The notes under the pieces are model-generated. The model was given only the letters and a program-made list of their open reading frames with translations. It was not told the origin of the DNA and did no database searches. The position numbers and the translations under genes were made by a program. A DNA stretch of 63,720 bases, the filler included, from Bonamia ostreae (Eukaryota), in NCBI GenBank assembly GCA_040357525.1. It is 51 parts of 51 records of this genome, joined end to end, with 100 filler letters (N's around TTAATTAATTAA, not from the genome) between each part and the next. Parts side by side here need not be neighbours in the genome. Positions count along the whole stretch, not along the records: positions 21,367 to 22,520 come from JBDODL010002509.1; positions 22,621 to 23,774 come from JBDODL010002510.1; positions 23,875 to 25,028 come from JBDODL010002511.1; positions 25,129 to 26,281 come from JBDODL010002512.1; positions 26,382 to 27,534 come from JBDODL010002513.1; positions 27,635 to 28,786 come from JBDODL010002514.1; positions 28,887 to 30,038 come from JBDODL010002515.1; positions 30,139 to 31,289 come from JBDODL010002516.1; 43 more parts are not named here. One strand, given 5' to 3'. Within the stretch, counting starts at the first letter, position 1. The number at the start of each line of letters is the position of its first letter. Shown here in pieces: positions 22,456 through 35,150 of the stretch.

Positions 22456-25108
22456 CTTTCGATTATTGGATTTGTTCGAAAAAAATTTGATAAAAATAAT
22501 TTTTGATCGATTTATTGACANNNNNNNNNNNNNNNNNNNNNNNNNNNNNNNNNNNNNNNNNNNNTTAATTAATTAANNNNNNNNNNNNNNNNNNNNNNNN
22601 NNNNNNNNNNNNNNNNNNNNAAATAATGAGTCAAACATCGGATCATGTTTAAATAGCAATGCCAATAAAACTTCCTTATGAACAGGAAGACGAAACACCA
22701 GAGACGTGGTGCTCAACGTATGTTATTTAAATATTTATATATATTATGATTTTCTTCTTTGTATTTTCTATTTTCAAGAATTTTAGGACTGATGTTATAG
22801 CATACACATGTACTTTTCTTCTGAATGATATTTACTCCAGGAAAAATAATGGTCCAAGGATATATTTCTTCCCAAAGAATACTGAATCGAGATTGAAATT
22901 TCTTCCTAGAAAACATCCCCAGTATAATATATGTCCCTAAAGGACAGTACTTAACCCCCATCCCCAATCTAGCAATTATCTAGTTTTGATCCATGCAGTT
23001 CGTCAAATTTATTCATAGATGGAGATTACTATAGTAATCAATGTAGGCTATAGTAGATCTAACTTAAATCAAGTTTTTATTGATCAATACGTCTGTCTGA
23101 AACTTTAACCTCTCATTGCCTTTGCTCATAACATTTGAATGGAGCGCGAAAGGGCNNNNNNNNNNTACATTCCTTGTGGCAAGACCTTTTATTATTTTAT
23201 AGTTTGACCCACTTCTTAAAAAAAAGAATCTTACCAATTGCGAGGCAATATACCGTGTGGTATTTAAAGTAATGATTTCATATTTTGTACATGCTTGTAT
23301 ATGCAGATTATTCATGGCACAACTTTTTATTTCATCCTTGACCCTGCATTGAGTTGAACTCAATTTTTCAAACTTTAACCTTGCCCATACCCTTTGAATG
23401 GTCTTACATTTCTTGTGACAAGACAGTTCTTTCAGAACAAAAGTATTTTTTTTTATCTTGTAGCATTTATCGAAGAGATTAACCTATTTTTAAGAAAATC
23501 TAAAATAATCTAGACAATATCTTCTGCACAACTTTAGGATATACTTCTCATATTGTGTTTATTGAGCTATTATGGCAAGACCCCCCCCCCCCTTTTATGG
23601 ATATCATGATCTTTAACCTTAATTAATTAATTAACTTTGGTCCAAATTCCAGAACTTTAACATTGCTTATAATTTCGTGTGAGACTCATCGTCGTAACGA
23701 AGTGTGATACTTTACCATGCAACTTCTCATTAAATTATGTTTTTGTCTTTTGCCTTTTAATAATTATTCCAATANNNNNNNNNNNNNNNNNNNNNNNNNN
23801 NNNNNNNNNNNNNNNNNNTTAATTAATTAANNNNNNNNNNNNNNNNNNNNNNNNNNNNNNNNNNNNNNNNNNNNAAAATATATGTGTGACATTTTGGGAC
23901 GTTTATATGAAAATACAGTCTGCTCTTTCCTTGATGGACCTTTCACGTTATCTTTCACTTCACCCTTACCACATAACATCGGGGTACAAATGCCACCTAG
24001 TAATGAATGATAAAGGCTTGGCATCGATGTAAATTGAGAACACAACTGGGCACACGAGGTAATTAAAAAGTGCTTTATTATAACACCAAAAGTGACAATG
24101 AAGCATTGGTTTTAAGCTGTGATCCGATAGGTTAGTACTAAGTTTCATACCTGATGTCGATCTAAACAGTTATTAGATTGCTCTAGTAATTCCAAAGGTT
24201 TACTACAAACTGGTTCGAACTCAATGAAGATCATGCAGTTCTAAAGAAAATTCAAGGGAAATTGACTCCTGATTTAAGAACCGTCAAATGTGTAGACTGG
24301 ATCATAAATTGCCACGGAAAGACACCACATTGTATCTGCTGTATGAGGTTTAGTATTGTCATTATTATGCATAATATTGTAAGAAATGTATCAAATTGTT
24401 GTGTTTGATAACATGCATCGACAAAACACAATATGCACAAACTAAAAATATGAAGTATGGCCACCACGTCAAATAGCGCGTGCTCTGACTCTATGATGTC
24501 ACAGAATATTATGTTTTTACACAGATGTTAAAGTGTCTTGAAAATTGTCCAGAAAGTTTGGTATCATTTTAATCACATGTCCCTGCCAGTCTAAATACTT
24601 AGCTGAAGTAAAAATAAGACATAGATTATGTTGCATTGCAATTTAGTGTTAAACAATAGAATGTGAAGTTTGCATGTTCATGCAAGTATGTAATAGTGAC
24701 ATAATTTACTTGTCATACAATGCTAATTCTTTTCAAAAACAGTTTTAGTGAGTTTGAGATATTTACAAATAGCTTGTCTAGACAAGGAAGTCAGAGAACA
24801 TTTGAAATTCATTGGCTTAAAACCAGCAAATCGTTGGACATATAAGTCGGTGTTCTTTATATGTCAGTTTGAAAACAAAACGTATACGATCAATTGCAAA
24901 TCATGTGAAAAGAAATTCTTATCTAAACATTACCTATAACAAAGATACATTGTATATCGTTTTATAGAACCCAAACAATTCAACTGAAAAGCAAACTCTA
25001 AGTGTTGAATTGCTATATCCCAAATATANNNNNNNNNNNNNNNNNNNNNNNNNNNNNNNNNNNNNNNNNNNNTTAATTAATTAANNNNNNNNNNNNNNNN
25101 NNNNNNNN

Positions 25109-25225
25109 NNNNNNNNNNNNNNNNNNNNTCTTTACGTTTTTAGTTTGAAGTGGCCATGGCACGGGCGAGCTCAAACTCCCAACCTTACGGTGGCGACGCA
25201 AACTTTCTACCACAGAGCTACCGTA
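25109..25225 (-). mobile_element. tRNA-derived SINE head (host)
   Basis: Reverse strand CGGTAGCTCTGTGGTAGA..GGGAGTTTGAGCTC, A/B-box-like, followed by non-tRNA body. Confidence 0.6.
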
Positions 25226-27369
25226 ATTGCATCAATGACCCTATAAGGTCTCCATACCCTATAACGCTGAAAATTTCTTACTTTTTTTTTTAGAGTGATA
25301 TGTCCTTTGATGTGACTGATAACCTAAAGTGCTATAGATGGCAATGATTGGAAATTTTCGAATCATTATATAAGACAAAGAAAAGATTCTTTGCGTCGTC
25401 AGTGTATTGTTGATGTACACATGTAAAGAAGTCTAAATCCTATAAACAATGTTTCTTTGTTTTTCAAAATTTGTCTCAAGGAAGGTGTTCTTTGAAATGG
25501 AATTCAATGAACACATTTACAGTGCCGTAAATGATACTCAGAACATATGTATGTACATCGTAGATATCTATTTACCATAAAATTAGATGACTTGTTTAAA
25601 ATGAAAGAATATTAATAGCATATCCCACTCTGTCATCTGTGTTTTTGTATTTCATAAGATTCTTTTTTTCTGCAGCTATCATTAAAACGAGGGATAAGAA
25701 ACCCATTGTTATTTATGCATTACACTGGATCTAAATACAAGTAAATTTAACGAATGAATATGTTCGATTCTCAATTCCAATATTGTGTAAAATTATGTAA
25801 TTCATTGCTTGGTCGGGTGAACACCACAAACTGTAATGCAGACATTGAAATCGTTTCTTCATAATACCACGTGTCTGTTCAATGAGTGCCCTTGTTCTAC
25901 AGAGGTAACGGGTAAACTTTTCTTGCGTTGGATTACTGAAAGCATTTTATGGGGTCATGAAGAAGCGGGAGCAGGGATAACCGAAGCCCCTAAGTGGTAT
26001 CCCACTGTGAAATCCTGTTGGAGAAATTGGTCGAAAAATCAATTCAAATGATTCATATTCTCACAATCATAGACACAAATTACCCCCTCATTGCAATGCA
26101 TAATGAATTTCTATTGCTTTTCAAAATTGATCTCTCGTATATACATATACATGTACCTTTTCCAACTGATGACTTAGTGCTTGTTTTGTTTACTACATTA
26201 ATTCATGATTGGACAAAATTTGTGGGAGGGGTTTATCAATATAAGCACGTGTACTCTTAGCCTTTTTCCATACAGTTAAAGNNNNNNNNNNNNNNNNNNN
26301 NNNNNNNNNNNNNNNNNNNNNNNNNTTAATTAATTAANNNNNNNNNNNNNNNNNNNNNNNNNNNNNNNNNNNNNNNNNNNNAGCAAATTACACTGCAAGT
26401 GATCTACAAGTAGTATACGAGCTGTTGAGTAATTTCATTTTTTTTTCCATGAGGCAATTGAGACCAACAACACCTGATGAATTCCAGTGTGGTAGTGGCT
26501 CAGCTAATCAGGGAATAGAATTCTGGTTGTGTTTCCTTCGGAGCCAGTGCACTGAGTTTTGGGTCTCTTTTTAATAAAAAAAATTACGGCAATCTGGTGT
26601 GTTTAATGGGGAGCGTATGGAACAGAAACTTATTTGTTTTGTATCTACAGATATTATTTAGATTCGTTTTTACGCACAAGTTATTCTAATTAATGTTGTT
26701 AAATCAGAATTACAAGTGCAGACATCAGACATACAAGTAAATGTGTATTTCTTTAATTTTCAAACTTTTGTTACATTTGTCATAGAATTTGTGAATTGTG
26801 ATTTTATTTATTTTGAAGTCAATGCCGCAATTTATTAAATTGTTTGCAAAGAAAACAGCTCATTATTTTAAAATTTGAATATATCAGTGGTCCCAACCTA
26901 CCCTCCCCCTCCCCTAGTGGGTAAAAATTCCTTCAAATTTGAAGTTACACCAACTGAGGATGATTCTATATCACTTTGACTAATCATGGCTTTAGAATTT
27001 TTAAAAAGAATTCTTCCATAAAAATCCCCCTGTAAAAGTTTGATCCCCTGCTGTAACCCCACCCTACCTCTGGGATATCATGATTTTCACAAGCTTGAAT
27101 ATACAATGCCGTAGGATTCGTCCACGTGGCTTTGCTGTTCTTGAGGGGAAGCTCTTTAAAAATGTTTCCTACTTACATGATTCAAATTTAATATAAATAT
27201 CCTAATTACCACAAACTCACATAAAACAAATCCAATCTTTCTTTTAAAGTGTTTGAAATAGGCCAATATAACCAGAGATATCATTTAAACAATTATCGGA
27301 TAGCATTGCTACTTCGTTCTCACGAAAGCCCATTGAACTCATTTTCAAAGCTGAAAAAAAAAAATCATT

Positions 27370-27534
27370 TTTTTCGCGTTGTAACGCGAAGCTTATGCGA
27401 ATCATTGCAAAACTTTCGCGTTATAACGCTGAACTTTCGCAAATTAATGCGAAACATCTGCGTTCTAACTTTTGCGTTCTAACTTTCGCGAATCAAAGCG
27501 AAGCTTACGCGAATTAATGGGGAACTTTCGCATA
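27370..27534. repeat. Degenerate ~21-nt tandem repeat (AACTTTCGCG core)
   Basis: Repeated AACTTTCGC / AAGCTTAYGCGAAT units. Confidence 0.75.
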
Positions 27535-27724
27535 NNNNNNNNNNNNNNNNNNNNNNNNNNNNNNNNNNNNNNNNNNNNTTAATTAATTAANNNNNNNNNN
27601 NNNNNNNNNNNNNNNNNNNNNNNNNNNNNNNNNNGATGTTATAGTGATTTCAAAATATCGTGTAAAGTCAGCATTTTCACAAATTCTATAATCGTTATTT
27701 AACTATCTAGCTTGCCAATGTCAG

Positions 27725-27935
27725 CCATTTTAGTGGTTTATATATATTTGATATGTGTGTCTGACTACATGTATGTGTTTCTATATATATATGTGTTTGT
27801 CTATATGTATATGTATGTGTGTGGTCTATCTATGTGTATGGTTTGTCTTTGTGTATTTGTCTGTCTATTTAATTGCACCTATCTATATTTGTGTGTTGTT
27901 TGTTATGTGTGTGTATGTTTGTGTGTGTGTGTTAT
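27725..27935. repeat. Degenerate (TG/TA)n microsatellite
   Basis: Low-complexity TG/TA dinucleotide run. Confidence 0.85.
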
Positions 27936-28886
27936 ACAGATCTATCATTTAATCCGTAATTTCACCAACCTGCTTACATTTCTTGTATACCAAAAGAAGA
28001 TAAATGTCACTTTAATTTACTCCAGGCAAAATATTTTAATTGTTCAGAATCTCATAACTTAAAATCCCAATATCAAACTAAATATACTGGTGTATATTCA
28101 TCTGAAAAAAAAATTATGCATGGGGTACATGGATGTATGAATGTACTTCATGTATTTATTTACCAAAGAGGTTTCCAGTGCAATCTTGATTTGTAGTGAT
28201 AATTGATAATGATACTCTGTCATGATGGTATGAAACCTTTAAAGAAATATACCTTAGCTCAATATGATTTATGCACAAAAAGCTTCAGTGTGAATAATAT
28301 GTTTCTTATCAAATATATATATATTCATTAGCCGAAGTATAGATCACATCAACCCCATGATCATGATTGAGGCAAAATTTTATAATTAGCATGGAGATCT
28401 AAAAAGAAATTGAAGTGATCACTTAATTTTAGTGTTATTGATTATGAAGATTTGTAATTAATATCGTGAAGTTTTTGACAGCAAAATTCTTAATGTGTAA
28501 ATATTTGAACTTAAAAGTACCGAAATATGCCGACTCGACGACATGTTGCTCGATCTTCATTGTTGGTTGCTCCATACACGGTCTACATGATTCCGTGACT
28601 GCAGGAACGCCAGATGCATGTCAATGTCTTTCTGACAATCCCCGGGGGTAAAGAAGCCCGTTTCTTTTAGATAAGGCTTGAAGGTAGATTACACCCTTTA
28701 GCAATATTGTCCTACACTACATAAAAGGCTGAAACAAACTTTAGGATCCACCATATTCCCCGCACTTAGCGTGCTTGATAACTTAGNNNNNNNNNNNNNN
28801 NNNNNNNNNNNNNNNNNNNNNNNNNNNNNNTTAATTAATTAANNNNNNNNNNNNNNNNNNNNNNNNNNNNNNNNNNNNNNNNNNNN

Positions 28887-30034
28887 TATATTCGCCCGGA
28901 AGCACTCTCGCCAGCACAATTTTAAAGGTTTGTGCTTTTTTATCCGTTTTCGCAAAATTGTGCGAATACTTCGGATTTATGCTAAAGTAAGCTCCTTTTC
29001 CCAATCTCGTTGCGTTTTTGCCGTTCAGTCGAATATCAAAGCCTTGGTTCGATATTCCTTCTATCGACAAATGATCTGCTCCGTGATATAACAAATATTC
29101 GTTAAGTGATTTTTGGTTTAGCAAACTTTCTTTAATTTCCTTTTTTTGAAAAATTTTGTTTTTGACATATTTTATTTAAAAAGATGTTTTTAAATTTTAA
29201 AATAATCGTTAAATTTAAAAAAAAAACTTGTAACATTGTTTGATATTTTGTCAAAAATAGGATTGCCAAAAGTTTGTTTTGAACTCTTGTAATCGATTTT
29301 ATTCTCGAATTTGTAAAATTGTCTAAAAATTAATTTCAAGATCGCAAAAAAATCGCAAAATTGAAAAAAATTAAATTTCAAAATAAATTGCTAAATTGAA
29401 AAAAAGAAAATTTAAAAAGACGTCGAAATTTTTGGCTAATTTTTTGATGTTCTTCCGACATAAAATTTGTCTCATAAAAAGAAATGTTCGATTTTTGATA
29501 TTTCCAATTTGTTAATATCCATTCCAAAAACGATTCTTTAATCTAAAATGTTCAAAAATTACATTGTTTTCGTGTTTTTGCATAATCTCTCTTTTAATAA
29601 ATCGTTTAAATCCCGTTTTTGTGTTTTTCTGGCAAAAAAGTATTTCATTTTTTGATTTAATTGGATAAAGCTCTATTAAATAGTCCAAATTGTTTTCAAA
29701 GAAGCCTTTTGTCGGACGAAAAGCCAAAACTGAATTACCTTTAAAATAGTTTTCAATTTCTTTGCTAGCTTCCACATCAAATCGTTCCCATTTGTTTTTG
29801 TTGTCTAATTTTTTCGAATTTAGTTTTTATTTGGAAAATTTAGCTTTTGACAAATTTAGTTTTTTGACCTTTATATAACCAAACGGCATTTGCAAAACTT
29901 AAATTTTGACTATTTTCAATTTTTTTAAAAGACTCAAAAATCATTTTGTCTGTTAATCTAAAATGGCTTTCTTGTGTTAATCCAAGAAATTTAGACAATT
30001 TACTTTTTATTTTATAAAAATTTTTATCCGCCAT
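28887..30034 (-). CDS. WWE-domain + PARP catalytic domain ADP-ribosyltransferase, 3'-partial; four introns including 20-nt 29543-29562
   Basis: Spliced VWLYKDNKNKWERFDVEASKEIE..QKNTKTGFKRFIKR (WWE), then ITRVQN..LLYHG..GFD..LGKGAYF..LARVLPG (PARP). Confidence 0.9.
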
Positions 30035-30889
30035 TTTTNNNNNNNNNNNNNNNNNNNNNNNNNNNNNNNNNNNNNNNNNNNNTTAATTAATTAANNNNNN
30101 NNNNNNNNNNNNNNNNNNNNNNNNNNNNNNNNNNNNNNTTTTTAATTGTGATCTACACTACGTTAGTAAGTGGGAACATGAGTTGATATTATATGTACTT
30201 TTATCTAATGAGGTCAATTTCTTCAAATTTTTTAAAGCATCATAATTGAATTCAAAAGGTTAAAAATTGCACTATTCTAATATTTATAAATGTAAGTTGA
30301 ATTATTGTCAATCTCTCTAACTTATTCGCAAGGTGCAAGTGTGTATTTTGTGAAATGATGGAGAACAGGATAGCTATGCTTTATCTGTGCTTAGCTTCTA
30401 TATAAACGTTTCTCGCAATTTAACTGAGCCTTTGTCTAAATCCTTTGCGGGAAAAGTGTATGGACAATGGCGATTGATTTTCGTTGCAAAGCAATCGCAC
30501 TGACAAATAAATTAATCAAGTCGGTTTCCTCATATCGCTCTTCGAAAAGTGGAAAAAGACCACTACACGTCCATACTTCGGACAACTACATTTAGCACAC
30601 ACAAAAGCGCTACAACACTCCAATGAAAAGTTATATTTAAGTCCTTAATATGAAAACTGGATTGTTTATTGATTAAATCTAATCTGTTTATAAAATGGTA
30701 AAAATGTTGTCAGACCTTCTTGTTTTAAGAGGCATATTATGACGTTACACATTATGGCGCGTAAAATGTCGAAGGTAAATATACACACCACAATACATAT
30801 GTACTTTAATTCGGTCACTTTCAAACTCGAATGCACAAACTATTCCTTTTCAATTTTGATAATACGCGGTATGTCTTTTAATGTAATAC

Positions 30890-31033
30890 CTGTAGCTTCA
30901 TTCAGTTCAGCACATCCTGCTGCAAAGTGGCAAACATCACTTGAACAGTCACATACGGCATTACACATCCATCCATAATATGGAAATGGGCACTTGTATG
31001 AACAGTTGGGCCCGAGGTGTCCCACATCACATT
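30890..31033 (-). CDS. EGF-like repeat exon of a MEGF10/scavenger-receptor-like protein (host)
   Basis: Phase 1-1 exon CDVGHLGPNCSYKCPFPYYGWMCNAVCDCSSDVCHFAAGC with AG/GT ends. Confidence 0.8.
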
Positions 31034-31389
31034 CTTCAAAACCCACAGAAATATTTCGTCGAGACACATGTTGTATGTTCACAATTATACAAGTTATATG
31101 TAAACATAGTGTCTTAAGTTTTCAATGGAAATTGTATACACTCTAACAGATTCATTATCAAACCAAAATATATATAAAAGCCCTTTCCTTTAGTAAATGA
31201 ATCGTGCTTTTCTTGAGAAAAAAATAATAGATACTCATTTCATTTGTAACAATAAGGTGATGTACATTCAAAACATTGTATCAATTATCNNNNNNNNNNN
31301 NNNNNNNNNNNNNNNNNNNNNNNNNNNNNNNNNTTAATTAATTAANNNNNNNNNNNNNNNNNNNNNNNNNNNNNNNNNNNNNNNNNNNN

Positions 31390-31560
31390 TTTTTGAAATT
31401 GTTAATTTTTGTTTTTGTAAAACTTTTGTTTTTTGAAATTATTAATTTTTGTTTTTGTAAAACTTTTGTTTTTTGAAATTGTTAATTTTTGTTTTTGTAA
31501 AACTTTTGTTTTTTGAAATTGTTAATTTTTGTTTTTGTAAAACTTTTGTTTTTTGAAATT
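31390..31560. repeat. Intronic ~40-nt tandem repeat x4 (TTTTGAAATTGTTAATTTTTGTTTTTGTAAAACTTTTGTT)
   Basis: Near-perfect direct copies at the contig end. Confidence 0.92.
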
Positions 31561-31586
31561 ATTACAAAAGTTAAAAGAAACAAAAC

Positions 31587-32450
31587 CTGCCACGACCAAA
31601 TTTCTTTGTTCCTAAAAATTTCGCAGTCTTTCCAAAAAAAGCCATTTTTGTCAAAATTTTGCGAAAACAAAAATTTTCTAGACGAAAATGTTTTTTCTAA
31701 AAAAGAATTTCGAGTCAGCAACAAACTTAAGCCAAAGTTTGATTGCCATTTTATCCAATCCGTTGAATGAACACTTTAAAATTTTATCTTCCAAACATTT
31801 TTTTGTTTAGACAATCCGCCAAATTTCGAAAATAAAATAAAGAAATGTCAATGTTCCCGTGGACAACTTTGATTTTTCGGAGGATAAAAGCGCATCTCAA
31901 AATTTGGTGCGCCAAAAAGAAGACGATTTTTTCGTCCATTTTTGCATTTTTCGAGTTGTTTTGTAGAAAGTTCTTTTGTCGTCGCAAAATAAAATATTTT
32001 TTAATGACAACTTTTAAACATTTCGACCCGAAAGGAATTCTTGTGTCTAAAACCTGAACGCCGTCGTTGAACGAAAATAGTCGACGCGGAGATATTACAA
32101 AACTCTTTTCAGAAGATTTAAGCTTTTTTCGGATTTCGGTTCCCAATAAAAATAAATATTTTAATTTTGAGTTTTTGATATTTGTGATGTCAAGTCTGTG
32201 AGTGACCATTTCGTAACTATCTTCTCTCTAAATTTTAATTTTACTTATTTTAAAATTTAGGCGTTGGACCAAATTTTTTTGAAATTTTAATGTTTTGAAA
32301 TTAATGTTTTGTAAATTTTGACTTGTGAAAATATTTCAAAGTCGGTTTTGCCTTTTGAAAATTGTGAGATCTTTTTACAATAATAATCTTCGTCGATTAC
32401 TATTTTTCTCGCTAATTGGATTGTTCCGGGTGCTCTTATTAAAATATTGT
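31587..32450 (-). CDS. BUB1/BubR1-like kinase domain, degenerate (probable pseudokinase), partial; 5' boundary approximate
   Basis: MDEKIVFFLAHQIL..VVHGNID..FGLSLLL..CEIFRNKEIWSWQ follows the Bub1 layout (MDE..IIHGDIK..GLxLIDFG..CxEM..WxYQ). Confidence 0.65.
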
Positions 32451-32822
32451 TATTTTTGCAGTTTATCGATTTTTTTTTGAATTTTGCAAATAAACCGATA
32501 ATTTTTTTTGCAATTTATCAATTTTTTTGAATTTTGCAANNNNNNNNNNNNNNNNNNNNNNNNNNNNNNNNNNNNNNNNNNNNTTAATTAATTAANNNNN
32601 NNNNNNNNNNNNNNNNNNNNNNNNNNNNNNNNNNNNNNNAAACTTTTCCCCGTGAATCGTTAAAATCAAGTGAGATCAACATTGTACTCTGAGACTGTCT
32701 CAACGAGAAATCGTAAATAAAAAAAATCGCTTTTCATTTTAAGGATTTCCACATATTTCTTCATTCATATTAACTTCACCATAATAAATTAAACTAAACC
32801 ACATATAATTTAAAGCTCAAAA

Positions 32823-33671
32823 ATGAGCTTTATAAGTATAAAAACAAATAATTCATCCAGAGAAAAAATACTTTTGCAAATGGAAGATTTCAAAAATATT
32901 CAAACAGTCGTTATAAAAAGTTTTGATTAAAAAATTTTTCTCGTAAAAAGCGTTCGGAATGAACATCTTTTCAAGCGAAGACAGTGTTCTCAAAGAAACA
33001 ACAAAAGTTGCTTTACGATTCTCAAACAAACACTTTTCTTCGTCAAAAGAAGTGCCTGTTCACGTTCTAAGATGCAACGACACTGAAGTATATAGAATCG
33101 ACGCAAAATTTTACACGTTCTTTACAACAATAAAAGATATCTCAAAAAAAATGGAGTCGACCAAAAAAGATCTTCATTTCATAGAAACTCTTCAAATTCA
33201 GTGAAAAGTTCAATTGAGCTTAAAAGCAATTCTTTTCTGCTCGAAATATTTAAAGTCTCTTCCAAGAAAGACAATTTATTAGAATTCTTTGGAAAATGTC
33301 GAATCGATGCAGATCGAATCGCAGATTCTGCTAATCTGTGTAAATGGTTTGAGATAACAGATAAAGAAGGTTTGAAGCAAGTCGGAAGTTTCTATCTCGG
33401 TGTTTTGACTGAAATACAAAAAGTTAAATTAACTAAAATATAAATTGTCTTAAAAATATAAATCGTCATTAAATAACAGTTCGATTTGCAATTGTTCATA
33501 GAAGTTAATGATGTTATCGATGAAATAGCAAAATATAAAAAAAGCAGTTACAAAAGAAAAAAAGTTAATTTTTTAATGTTAAGAAGCGAATGAACAATGT
33601 TTTTATAATCGATTCTTTTATCGAATATTTTATTCAAAAAACCACGGACAAAGATGAAATTATTTTTGAAG
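32823..33671 (+). CDS. Hypothetical multi-exon protein with a C2-like segment; introns 32920-32950 and 33117-33136 (20 nt)
   Basis: Removing the 20-nt GT-AG intron fuses the two track ORFs; LLEIFK..FFGKCRI..KWFEI..VGSFYL is C2-like. Confidence 0.55.
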
Positions 33672-35150
33672 GTTTATATTTTAATTTTTTTAAAACAAAT
33701 TTCAAATTGAAAAAAAATCGTCAATTTTTTAATAAAACGACAAATTTTTAATAAACGACAAATTTTTGTTTTACGACAAATTTTTGTTTNNNNNNNNNNN
33801 NNNNNNNNNNNNNNNNNNNNNNNNNNNNNNNNNTTAATTAATTAANNNNNNNNNNNNNNNNNNNNNNNNNNNNNNNNNNNNNNNNNNNNAAATCGAAAGC
33901 AGTTGAAATCATATCTACGAGACTAGAGGGTAGGGAAATGGTAATACGAACAAAAAAATTTATCTTAATCGAGTCAAGGGTGTGACTTTTCTGGGGATAA
34001 AATAGATAGATAATTTTAAAAATCGAATTGGAGATCGGACATTCATTGGTTTACAAATGTTTTCATATTTAACGACTTGCAAAATTATTTTGTGTTGTCA
34101 TAAATAAGAATACCGCACATGTAATGGATGATTCATCCAAATCGATATTACATTTTAGCTTGTTAGATAAGCTTTTGAATGCTATATTCAACATGTATTA
34201 TTTAGTTAAACCATAGACCTAAAGCAAAGGGATCGTATAGAAATTAGCCTGGAAATTATGTCGCTAGACAAACGACATATTTTTAATCGGTGAACTTTCA
34301 TGGTTGGTCTTAATTTATATGTGAAAGTATTTTGATAAAAAAGAAATTGCGAAACCAAGCTCGAATGTTCTGGAATTCTGTAGTATGTCTTCAAAGTATT
34401 ATGATAGTTCGCATTAATTGTTTCCTCCCTGATATAGACTCCTAACCTAGGCTATCAACCCGTAAACTAAAACAAATAGAGATGCATGCAGATAATGTTG
34501 AAAAACTATCCCTTACATTTTGTCAAGATTATCAAAATACTAATGAGATATAAAGTGATCGTGCTTTTAGTTTATCTCCAAACTCTGTAATGTTGAGAAA
34601 CTGACAAAACGTTTAATCAAAAAGAACATTTCGATGAGGTCTTTACACTTTTTTTTATTATCACTTTGATTTAAGAGTAGATAAGTTTTTTACATATCAC
34701 TATTTATGCAGACAGTATTTGAAGTGGTTTTATCACTGCTATACAAACTTTTTCAGGCTGGTCTTCCTTATGAACATGTTTTAGTTATACCCCATTCAAG
34801 AGATGCAGCAATACTTTCTGTGGCTTATAATGATCATGAGGCAGGGGACCATCAGACAGTGGAAGTTCTGAGAAATGGCAAGTTCTTACTGTTGAAATGT
34901 GGAGGTATGAGTCTCTTTCTCACTAATGTAGTTAGTATAGTTATGTGATATAAAACTCATTTTTCGTGAAACAAAAGGATCTGCATGGAAACGTTCCGGA
35001 TACAACGTGACGTTATTGCAATCTAACTACAGACAAAGGNNNNNNNNNNNNNNNNNNNNNNNNNNNNNNNNNNNNNNNNNNNNTTAATTAATTAANNNNN
35101 NNNNNNNNNNNNNNNNNNNNNNNNNNNNNNNNNNNNNNNGTCATAAAAAG

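Noticed and set aside
21368-22506. Multiple long overlapping and antisense ORFs over PABP (also over 38897-39799 and RPN2)
   Set aside because: Shadow ORFs caused by GC-rich codon bias; no recognisable motifs
23619-23634. TTAATTAATTAATTAA within a contig
   Set aside because: Not flanked by Ns; a simple (TTAA)n microsatellite that happens to match the linker
25109-25225. Possible tRNA gene
   Set aside because: A/B-box-like motifs but no intact cloverleaf, and it continues into SINE-like body sequence
27712-28062. Hydrophobic Cys/Val/Tyr-rich ORFs
   Set aside because: Translation of a TG/TA microsatellite
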